Shown here in pieces: positions 37,847 through 46,433 of a stretch of 50,008 nucleotides of DNA (positions within the stretch are counted from its first letter, which is position 1; each line of letters starts with the position of its first letter). A program made the translations under genes and the position numbers. Below the pieces are notes generated by a model. That model was not told the origin of the DNA. It saw only the letters and a program-made list of their open reading frames with translations, and ran no database searches. This stretch comes from Pseudobdellovibrionaceae bacterium (GTDB lineage: Bacteria > Bdellovibrionota > Bdellovibrionia > Bdellovibrionales > Bdellovibrionaceae), in contig JACMMZ010000036.1 of the NCBI GenBank assembly GCA_014378775.1, positions 1 to 50,008 on the forward strand. The letters run 5' to 3'.

Positions 37847-40800
37847 ATGAGAAACAAAATAGGACCAAATCTGATTTTAGGGGGAGCACTTCTTTTAGCT
37901 CTAACAAGCTGTACAAAAGAAATTCCTTTTGAAAAGCTGTCTCCGGATTCCAAAGATCAGAGCTATGAAAAATCGACTATCGATACTCAAGGTGACTATA
38001 TTTACTCTTCTTCTCAGCAAAACGGAAGCATGTCAGCCTCTGAAGTGTTACCATTTTCTACTGGTGAAAATAAACGGGTCAAATTAGAAATCGGCGAAAA
38101 ATCGATTCGTGTAATTGAAATGGAGCGCGATCAGCGTTACGCGTCGAATACGACAAACAACAAAATGGTTTTAGAGATTCCGATTACTCATGTTCAATAC
38201 CAATGTGCGAAAGACAAATTCGGTGAGTGCACCAATAAAGAGGAAGAAGCTTCAAATATATCATGGATGCAAAAAAACGCCATCAAAGTTAAGTTTGACG
38301 AATTTAAATCGACAGAACTCGAATTACTTCCGATCCTTGATAGTCAGACTAATGGCGAAAACTGTTACGTGGAAAAATCAAATCGCCTTATTGATGCAAA
38401 AATCGAATCAGATGCTATAAACTTCAAAGTCGAACGTACTTTTGTTACAAGCATAAACTGCCTCAATGAAATCAACAAATTATCTGATGCGACGATTACC
38501 GCTATCTACCAATATTCCATGGTTAAAACAAAATCAGTACTTTCACCTGATTATAAAACTGTTTCTTACCCAGTGGCATCACGTGACGAGAATCTTTTCG
38601 GATTTTTCGCAACTCAAAATGTCGTATTAGATGTTGATCACAACAACACGGTCGATAGCACCAAGCAAATCATGAATCGTTGGAATCCTAATCGTAAGGA
38701 AATTACTTATTACTTAAGTGATGAGTTCGCGAAGCCAGAAAATAAACTAGTTAACGATTTAACCATAAAGACTGTGAATAATGTAAATGACGGCTTAGAA
38801 AAAGCTGGCGTAAATTTTCGAATAAATTTGAAACAACCCGCAGGTAAATCACCTGGCGACATCCGCAACAGCATGATCGTATTAGTTGAAGATCCTGTAG
38901 CCTCATCGGTGATAGGTTATGGACCACAAACTGAAGATCCAGTGACAGGCGAAATTTTCTCTGCGCGAACTATCATGTTTTTGGGAACCATTAAAAAGTT
39001 TGTGCAGTACACGTATAATGACATTGTTGCCGAGAAAAATAGAATTAAATATGAAAAAAATCATAAATCTTTAATTCCTACAGTTCCTAACAAAAATTTG
39101 GGAGCTCAAGCCGGAACTTTAGTTCCAACTTTAGGCGAAAAAAAATCACGACCTGGTAACGGAAAAAATTCCAGTGCCGGCTTAGTTAGCCTCAGCAATG
39201 ACCAACTCCTAAAAAAATTGAAATTCTCTTCCTTCGATGCGAATAGCATATCGGGCGCAAATAATGCAAAAGTTGCAACTTTCGAGCAATCCTTATCTAA
39301 GAGAATCAACAACAAGTATTCCGGAACTGATTTGAAATCAAAGCTCCGTTATTTGAACGAAGTAAAAAACTGTGCATTTAATCATGCTGAAGGTGCTTTG
39401 TCAGGAATCAGCGAGCGACTCTTAGCAAAATTCAGCGATGATTTAGCGCCCTGGGCAGCTTTATCGGACAGCGATAAGCAAACCGTGATAGACAAAATTT
39501 TACCAGATATTTGGGTGAATACTTTAATCCACGAACTGGGTCATAATTTAGGATTACGTCACAACTTTGAAGCTTCGACCGATTTAGCAAATTTTTACTC
39601 TGCTGATGAATTGAAAAAATTAGATGTAGATCATGAAGCTCCGTTTAGTTCAGTCATGGACTACGGAAATGATTTAAAAACATTACCAGTATTTGGTAAA
39701 TACGATATCGCAGCTTTACGTTTTGGATACAATCGTGAAATTGAAGTCATCGATGGAGTAACAAAAGCGGCAAAAATCGTTAAAGTCGATTCAACCATTA
39801 ATGCTGTCCAACTTGGTCAAGGCGATCGTATTAAAGGATATAAATACTGTACCGATCAGAATTTAGGCGGAAGTATTACTTGTGCTCAATTTGACTTAGG
39901 AACTGACATCGTTAGTATCGTCAAAAATCACATTGCAGATTACGAACAAAATTATTCTCAGCGCAACTTCAGAAATAATCGCGCAGATTTCAGTCTTGGA
40001 ATGCAAGACCTTCGATACGCCAGACGTATCAGTGGAATTTTCTTAGATTTACGTTTGGTGACGGAAATTAAAGAATTATACAGAAATGTGTACGGGATTC
40101 CAGAAGGCCACCCACTATGGACCACGAATGAGTATCTTAAACCTTATCAAGAAAGCAGCGCGCTTGTGGCTGCGTTTTTCACGAAGATTTTGGCGACACC
40201 GTCAGTTCAATGTGCACTTGCAGACAAATCGACTTCTCAATTAGTCGGCATCGTTGGATTATCAAGACTGAATCCCGGATATATCAATTGCTCCGAAGTA
40301 GACGAACGTGACCTAGCTGAATTGGCAAAAAATGCAGGTATACCTGATACAACCACTCTTGTAGTGATCGGTCAGGGCGGAAAGCACATCAATTCGAAGA
40401 AATCGTACGATAATCCATCGGAGTCTTCGCTCGCGATTGATGTTCGTGGAATTTGGATTGATAAAGCTTTAGCTTTAGATTCTTTATTGAAGCGTCAGCT
40501 CGGTCAATTTGATCTTGATCGGTATTCAGATAATTACCTCAGCCAGGCGGATGCGGCGCCGGTTATGTTAAAACTATTTAGTGATGTTATGACTGGCCAG
40601 CTGGAAAATGACGTTGAATTTATCATTGATGGTTCAAAACAAAATTTGAAAATCAGCTACGATGTAACATCGTCGCAGCTTATTGAAGTTCCCATGCATC
40701 CAATCATAGCACAAAATATTGGAGTTAATTCGTTTGTACCAACTTCGTTCCAAGAGCTTGTCGCAAACAGAGTAGCCGTGAATAGCATTGATACCAATAT

Positions 40801-41245
40801 TACGGGAAGTAATTCTCAGGACATGAATATCTCAAATGCTTTTTCTCTCGTTAGGAAGTACACGACCGGCGAGAACATATCTTGGGAGAAAGACTTTTCA
40901 AAAGTCGACATAACGGGAATAAGTTATGTCGCCGGACCAAAAAACGTGATTGCTTACGATGCGATTTACAACTACACCGCCACTTCGAACATGGAAACGT
41001 TGCCAGAAGAATTGTTAGCGGCGCTGTTAGTTGAGAAAAAAGATCCAACTAAGCCTGTAACGATCCCAGCGGGTGCCAGCGCAGAAATTCTTGCGGCAAT
41101 TGAAGTCGTCATCGACTTGCCAGCCGAAGTGGTGGAAGCTTTCGTAAAAGGTAGTTTACAAAGTTCGAATTTTTATAGCGAAATCATTCGTTCTCTTCCC
41201 ACAACAGCTGAGGCGATGCAAGCGGCTCAAAGTAATAAGAAATAA
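37847..41245 (+). CDS. Large metzincin zinc metalloprotease lipoprotein
   Basis: Lipobox LTSC, DPVTGEI, HELGHNLGLRH (HExxHxxGxxH), Met-turn SSVMDY, YDIAALRFGY. Confidence 0.88.
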   Translation: MRNKIGPNLILGGALLLALTSCTKEIPFEKLSPDSKDQSYEKSTIDTQGDYIYSSSQQNGSMSASEVLPFSTGENKRVKLEIGEKSIRVIEMERDQRYASNTTNNKMVLEIPITHVQYQCAKDKFGECTNKEEEASNISWMQKNAIKVKFDEFKSTELELLPILDSQTNGENCYVEKSNRLIDAKIESDAINFKVERTFVTSINCLNEINKLSDATITAIYQYSMVKTKSVLSPDYKTVSYPVASRDENLFGFFATQNVVLDVDHNNTVDSTKQIMNRWNPNRKEITYYLSDEFAKPENKLVNDLTIKTVNNVNDGLEKAGVNFRINLKQPAGKSPGDIRNSMIVLVEDPVASSVIGYGPQTEDPVTGEIFSARTIMFLGTIKKFVQYTYNDIVAEKNRIKYEKNHKSLIPTVPNKNLGAQAGTLVPTLGEKKSRPGNGKNSSAGLVSLSNDQLLKKLKFSSFDANSISGANNAKVATFEQSLSKRINNKYSGTDLKSKLRYLNEVKNCAFNHAEGALSGISERLLAKFSDDLAPWAALSDSDKQTVIDKILPDIWVNTLIHELGHNLGLRHNFEASTDLANFYSADELKKLDVDHEAPFSSVMDYGNDLKTLPVFGKYDIAALRFGYNREIEVIDGVTKAAKIVKVDSTINAVQLGQGDRIKGYKYCTDQNLGGSITCAQFDLGTDIVSIVKNHIADYEQNYSQRNFRNNRADFSLGMQDLRYARRISGIFLDLRLVTEIKELYRNVYGIPEGHPLWTTNEYLKPYQESSALVAAFFTKILATPSVQCALADKSTSQLVGIVGLSRLNPGYINCSEVDERDLAELAKNAGIPDTTTLVVIGQGGKHINSKKSYDNPSESSLAIDVRGIWIDKALALDSLLKRQLGQFDLDRYSDNYLSQADAAPVMLKLFSDVMTGQLENDVEFIIDGSKQNLKISYDVTSSQLIEVPMHPIIAQNIGVNSFVPTSFQELVANRVAVNSIDTNITGSNSQDMNISNAFSLVRKYTTGENISWEKDFSKVDITGISYVAGPKNVIAYDAIYNYTATSNMETLPEELLAALLVEKKDPTKPVTIPAGASAEILAAIEVVIDLPAEVVEAFVKGSLQSSNFYSEIIRSLPTTAEAMQAAQSNKK

Positions 41246-41272
41246 TTTCCTCTCTTAGTAACCAGATCGCTC

Positions 41273-41306
41273 AAAAAGGCTGTAAATGAAAGTTTACAGC
41301 CTTTTT
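41273..41306 (+). terminator. Intrinsic terminator
   Basis: AAAAAGGCTGTAAA-TGAAAG-TTTACAGCCTTTTT, 14-bp stem downstream of the protease. Confidence 0.85.
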
Positions 41307-41328
41307 CATTTGAGGTACTCTCGCGAAT

Positions 41329-42051
41329 ATGAAATTCATTTTATACACGGACGGCGCCTGTTCCGGTAACCCCGGTCCTGGCGGCTACGGCTCAATCGTC
41401 ATTGCCGATTTAAAGTACGTCACCGAGCTCGGTGGTCGTTTTGCGCAGACGACAAATAATCGGATGGAGCTTCAGGCGGTGATATCGGGGTTGAATTTTA
41501 TATTGGCTCAAAAGGTTTCTGACGCTCAAGTTCAGGTTTACACGGACAGCGTTTATGTCATTCGCGGAATTACCCAGTGGGTGTTTGGTTGGAAGCGCAA
41601 TGGTTGGAAAAATTCGGCAGGCGATGCGGTGACGAATCAGGACTTATGGGAAGAACTTTTATCGACGGTTCAAAAAATTTCTTCCAAGATTCAATGGGAT
41701 TATGTGCGCGGACACAATAATGATCCTGGTAACGAGCGTTGTGATGAAATCGCCGTGGCTTTTTCTAAAAATGATACTATTGATCTTTACAGCGGTGCCA
41801 CCACTTTTTATTCTTTTGATGTGACGGTGCCCGCGAAAACCGAAGTTATTCCTGAAAATAATAGTTGGAAAAAAACGGCCGGAGAAAAAAAAGCTTCGTG
41901 GTACTTAAGCTTGATTAACGGAGTGGTGACCAAGTATTCAACCTGGTCCGAATGCGAAGCGCAGGTCAAGGGTCGTCCCGGAGTGAAATTTAAAAAAGTT
42001 GCTTCATCGACGGAAGAAGCGGAACTCATGAAATCCTGGGGGAAGTTGTAA
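41329..42051 (+). CDS. rnhA: Ribonuclease HI with C-terminal viroplasmin-like hybrid-binding domain
   Basis: TDGACSGNPGPGG, TNNRMEL, TDS, GH..NERCD; C-terminal YSTWSECEAQVKG..KFKK. Confidence 0.92.
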   Translation: MKFILYTDGACSGNPGPGGYGSIVIADLKYVTELGGRFAQTTNNRMELQAVISGLNFILAQKVSDAQVQVYTDSVYVIRGITQWVFGWKRNGWKNSAGDAVTNQDLWEELLSTVQKISSKIQWDYVRGHNNDPGNERCDEIAVAFSKNDTIDLYSGATTFYSFDVTVPAKTEVIPENNSWKKTAGEKKASWYLSLINGVVTKYSTWSECEAQVKGRPGVKFKKVASSTEEAELMKSWGKL

Positions 42052-42888
42052 ATGGAAGATATTCTTAAATCCGGCCAGTCGATCGAACTTTTAAAAGAGT
42101 TGCACATTCTGACCGTCGACGGAAAACTTAACCAGGACAGCCGTCGAAAATTAAAACAAGTAAATCACTTATTTCAGTTCATCGAGCCATTGATGAAAGC
42201 AACTGTAGAATCTCGGCAGAAAATGAATTTAATTGATCACGGGGCGGGGAAGTCCTATTTGGGATTTATACTCTATGATTTATTCGTTAAAAATAAATCC
42301 TATCAAGATCAGTGTCATCTTTACGGAATAGAAACCCGCCCAGAATTAGTGACCAAGTCGCAAGATTTAGCGCAAAGACTCAAATTCAAAAACATGAGTT
42401 TTTTAAATCTCACCGTTTCGGAATCCATGATCTCGGATCAAATTCCCGGTGATATCGATATCGTTACGGCTTTACATGCCTGTGACACCGCCACGGATGA
42501 TGCGATTAAATTCGCTCTTAAACGCGAATCGCAGTTTGTGGTGGTGGTTCCCTGTTGCCAGGCCGAAGTCGCCAGCCATCTGAAGCAAAGTAAAAAGTTT
42601 TTAGCGAAACCCGCCGTGACTGAAATCTACCGGCACGCCTTGCATACTCGCGAATTTGGCAGCCATTTGACCAACGTGCTTCGATGCTTGCAACTTGAAG
42701 CTTTTGGGTACCAAGTTACCGTGACGGAGCTCGTGGGCTTTGAACATTCGATGAAAAACGAACTGATCATTGCGAAAAAAATTGAAAAACCTCGTCATCG
42801 TTTCGCTCATAAGATCAAAGAAATTCTTCAGCAATTCGGATTAAACGATTTGGAAGCTCGGTTTTTCCTCCCTGAATTTAAGGATTAA
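42052..42888 (+). CDS. SAM-dependent methyltransferase (Methyltransf_32-like)
   Basis: DHGAGKSYL, ALHACDTATD, VPCC, HSMKN. Confidence 0.88.
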   Translation: MEDILKSGQSIELLKELHILTVDGKLNQDSRRKLKQVNHLFQFIEPLMKATVESRQKMNLIDHGAGKSYLGFILYDLFVKNKSYQDQCHLYGIETRPELVTKSQDLAQRLKFKNMSFLNLTVSESMISDQIPGDIDIVTALHACDTATDDAIKFALKRESQFVVVVPCCQAEVASHLKQSKKFLAKPAVTEIYRHALHTREFGSHLTNVLRCLQLEAFGYQVTVTELVGFEHSMKNELIIAKKIEKPRHRFAHKIKEILQQFGLNDLEARFFLPEFKD

Positions 42889-42897
42889 AAACCGAAT

Positions 42898-45800
42898 CTA
42901 GAATAAATAAATCAGTCCCGCACGGTAAGTCAGTTCAGCCCCGTTGTAAGTATACACATCATTTTTTTGATTACGATTACCATAGGAAACTCCGCCAGTC
43001 AGGCGCCCCCAACTGACTTTATAGAAACTTCTAATATCAAATTTTAATAACGTGCCCAGGGCAGTGGTTGATGTATTGGGAACATCGGTGGGGAGTAAAA
43101 TATAAGCCCCTAGGCTTGAGCTTAAAGATATTTTTCCTGAGTTGTAAAAAGTGTACTCAGGAACAACTCCGACCACTTTAATCAAAGATTTAGTTAAGGC
43201 GATCGTCGTTGAGTTAACTTGATTGAAAAACGTATCCTCTTGGAGTCGCCCTTCGATGGCAAAATCCCATTTATCAGTGAGTTTGTATTTGTAACCGGAT
43301 GCTAAGGTAATCAAAGACGTTTCAGGATTGAGGATTCGGGTGTTATTGGTCGTCAGACTCAGTTTCGAATTGTAATAAGAAAATGAGCCGTAAACGTTAT
43401 TCCTGTTCTCCAAATAATGATCGCCCGTAATACTCACTCCAATGGCCAAATCTGATCTTAAAATAGCTTCGGTCGTTGCTGATTTACCAGCTAATTCGCT
43501 AAAAACCAGAATCGGTTCAAAGCTTAGTTTATTATAGTATTTCTTCTGAATCTGATCTCGATCGATAAAAGTTTGCGATAAACCCTTCTCCACAGTGATC
43601 GTATTGTTAAAATAAATTCCCTGTTTTAAAGTCATCAGTTCATCAAATTTAAGATCAAAATAATTTTGATTTAAATTTATTTTATCTTCCCAGGCTAAGC
43701 GAGAATTGCCGGCGTCAATAAATTGAATGTCAAAATCTTCCGAGTCCTTTGCTTTTTCAAGTTTCACCGGCAAGACCACTCGTTTTATGGTCTCAATTTT
43801 TATAAAATCATTATTCTTCCGACTAAGACTAAGAATTATTTTTTGATTATTTGTCTCATTTAAAATGACTGTGCCTTCAGAATTGACAGTTTGATTATTA
43901 ATTGTCAGCGAACTGCCTCTCGTATCTTTTTCGGCTTCGATTGATTTACAAACCTGGACCGAAGTAAATTGATTCTTTTTATATAAACAAACATATTCCG
44001 CATCCAAGATATTTTTTCCGCTTCGAGCAACAGAAAATTTTCCATCCGCATTAGTAAATTGAACCACGATGGCACTTTTTTCCGTTTTTGTCAGAATCAA
44101 AAAACCCGCGTCTTTATTAAAACTTTCTAAAGTACCTTTGAGTTCAATATCGAGACTGCTTTCGTTGGCCGTTACAATGAGATCGTTCAAATCATATTTC
44201 GTATCGTTAATTTGCAAAGTATCAGGATTGATTAACTTGTAAGTGAAATACTGATTCAAATAGACAAACGGTAATTTGTTTTTTGTTTCCACCGTTACTG
44301 GAGCGGGTGCTTCAGCTGGAGATTCGGCGGAAACTTCGGTCTGAGCGTAACCTTTAAAAGTCGCTCCGCTAACAAATATAAGAATAACTGAGAATTTAAA
44401 TAGGTTTTTGATAAATGACCCCGCTTGTTTAAATGGAGGATGTTTTTTTAATTCTGGATTCAGCTTAATCGATTGTTGGTAGGAGGTGTTGGCTGAAGTT
44501 TCATCTTTTTTTAAAGAAAGTATAATGGCTTTGACGTAAAAGTATTCTGCCGTATCCTTGTCTTCGGGTAAAATCTGTAAAAACTCACGGTCTAAATCTG
44601 CCATATTAATGCGGATATTATTTTGATGAATCATTAAAGCTTTGGCCCATACCATGTAAAGTTTGATCTTAGGAACTTGTGAGCTGTGTTCATTCATTTT
44701 TTTTAAACGATCAACGGCAACGAAGAGATTCTTTGCTAAAAGTTCACGATAAATTTCTGTAATTTTTTTATTAATATCGATAGCCGCTTGAGGATCTTGC
44801 GCAAGAGCATATTTTTTATTGATCGCATCGTAGTAAAATTGTTTTTTGGATAGCATTTCTAATACGATTCGGAACATATTGTTTTTCATATCGTAGTCAT
44901 CACCCGTATAGGTGTGAACGTAATTATTAATCGCCTGAAAAATGGAATCAATTTCAGTCGGTTTAAATTTTAAAATGTTCGCTAACGTTTCCAGTAACTC
45001 AACGCCAGTTTTTTTATTGCAAACCATATAGATATTTTTCAAAATTGAATCAGAATTGGCTTCGGCATCTGGATTATGCTTCAGCGTCAGCTGGCCAGAC
45101 ATGATTCCGTAGTGAAAACATTTTAAGAAATACTCTTGATCCTTTTCATTTTTGATCGAGTTAAAAATACTTGAAAATGTTTGTATCTCGGAAATAGATT
45201 TAAACGTACTGGATAGATCGGTTGAAAGTGGCAGAATTTTCACCGCTGGGTACACGTCGAAATCCTTCGGTACTTCAACCAAGCCCTCGCTCAGTTCCAT
45301 GTAATGCAATTTCAACCATTCGGCATTGAATCGCCCCGCCACCCAATCGTGAGCCAAGCCTAAATACTCAGGGTAGGAGATAGAAAGCCCTTGATCTGGA
45401 ATTTCCGATTCAGAAAAATTGACTCGGTATTTGTTGCTATTAATGTACTTCGACAAACGCAAACGCATTTGCTTAACCAGGACACCGATGATTTGTTCCG
45501 TCGTCGCAACTTGATTTAAAATCAGAAGTTCCCCTAATGGTTTACTCTGATCCTGTAATAACTGAAGTAATCTTTCGCGAGTTAAAAAACCATCTTTGAT
45601 CAAAAGTTCGCCCATGAAAGTCTCTTTGTCGTTTAAATCAATTTTGGTGATCTTTCCTTTTGAAAATGAGATACCGCTGATTTCATTAGATTGGCTTATG
45701 ACATTGAGGTTTCCTGAAAACTCACTGCGCATAATTAAACCGACTAAAAAAGCCAAGTCATAGCCAAAGATTTCATCCAGACTTTCAATCAATTTTCTCT

Positions 45801-45900
45801 TGTGACGTGGCTTCGCCGAATTATCGGCATAGACTTCGTAAAGCTCTCGACGAGCCGAAGATTGAGTTTGATTTTCTGCGTCGCCTATCTGATCAGCCAT
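42898..45900 (-). CDS. Multidomain protein: DUF4388/MshEN-like and TPR-like N-half, internal signal/TM segment, C-terminal beta-barrel
   Basis: SGNLNV..ISFSKGKI, two GELLI repeats, TPR-like helices, IKNLFKFSVILIFVSGATFKGYA-Q near aa 497-520, C-terminal YRAGLIYLF. Confidence 0.65.
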   Translation of the reverse strand: MADQIGDAENQTQSSARRELYEVYADNSAKPRHKRKLIESLDEIFGYDLAFLVGLIMRSEFSGNLNVISQSNEISGISFSKGKITKIDLNDKETFMGELLIKDGFLTRERLLQLLQDQSKPLGELLILNQVATTEQIIGVLVKQMRLRLSKYINSNKYRVNFSESEIPDQGLSISYPEYLGLAHDWVAGRFNAEWLKLHYMELSEGLVEVPKDFDVYPAVKILPLSTDLSSTFKSISEIQTFSSIFNSIKNEKDQEYFLKCFHYGIMSGQLTLKHNPDAEANSDSILKNIYMVCNKKTGVELLETLANILKFKPTEIDSIFQAINNYVHTYTGDDYDMKNNMFRIVLEMLSKKQFYYDAINKKYALAQDPQAAIDINKKITEIYRELLAKNLFVAVDRLKKMNEHSSQVPKIKLYMVWAKALMIHQNNIRINMADLDREFLQILPEDKDTAEYFYVKAIILSLKKDETSANTSYQQSIKLNPELKKHPPFKQAGSFIKNLFKFSVILIFVSGATFKGYAQTEVSAESPAEAPAPVTVETKNKLPFVYLNQYFTYKLINPDTLQINDTKYDLNDLIVTANESSLDIELKGTLESFNKDAGFLILTKTEKSAIVVQFTNADGKFSVARSGKNILDAEYVCLYKKNQFTSVQVCKSIEAEKDTRGSSLTINNQTVNSEGTVILNETNNQKIILSLSRKNNDFIKIETIKRVVLPVKLEKAKDSEDFDIQFIDAGNSRLAWEDKINLNQNYFDLKFDELMTLKQGIYFNNTITVEKGLSQTFIDRDQIQKKYYNKLSFEPILVFSELAGKSATTEAILRSDLAIGVSITGDHYLENRNNVYGSFSYYNSKLSLTTNNTRILNPETSLITLASGYKYKLTDKWDFAIEGRLQEDTFFNQVNSTTIALTKSLIKVVGVVPEYTFYNSGKISLSSSLGAYILLPTDVPNTSTTALGTLLKFDIRSFYKVSWGRLTGGVSYGNRNQKNDVYTYNGAELTYRAGLIYLF

Positions 45901-45927
45901 GTATTTCCTAATTTATCCTGCACTTAA

Positions 45928-46401
45928 TTATAAAGGTTGAATGAACTTAAAGTACTTGGATTTCACCACATCAAGTTCGAAAAGATGTCCCTGAGCGTCC
46001 TTGTAGTGATCTTGAACCTGAACCGTGTTGGTCGTGAAATGCTCACCTAATTTGTAAAGAACTAAAGCTTCTTTATCAAGATCTTCGTTAAAATAAGGCA
46101 CATAAAATGATATAAATCGAGATGAGGCGGGTACAAAGCCGCTAACCATGTTCACCTGATCAATAAAAATTTTGGGACAGTTCGAAAATGAAATTTGCGT
46201 TCCCGGAATGGTCTGCATAAGTTTAATCCATTCGCGAATCCCGGTCGAATTGATAGATTTCAAAGCTTGAAGTGAAAACTCAATTTCCCCTGATTTAGGA
46301 ATGTCTTTTGTAAATTGATTAAAATTTTCATCAATGGATCCGATGATATCAATTTGGGTTTTTCCCGCATCTTGTTGTATTTTTATCAGAGTATTTTGCA
46401 T
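45928..46401 (-). CDS. STAS-like (anti-sigma antagonist-like) protein
   Basis: IIGSIDEN, LKSINSTGIREW resembling the STAS phospho-Ser motif; downstream of a PP2C phosphatase. Confidence 0.65.
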   Translation of the reverse strand: MQNTLIKIQQDAGKTQIDIIGSIDENFNQFTKDIPKSGEIEFSLQALKSINSTGIREWIKLMQTIPGTQISFSNCPKIFIDQVNMVSGFVPASSRFISFYVPYFNEDLDKEALVLYKLGEHFTTNTVQVQDHYKDAQGHLFELDVVKSKYFKFIQPL

Positions 46402-46433
46402 AAGTTCCTTTTAATTTTTAAGTGTGAGTTAAA

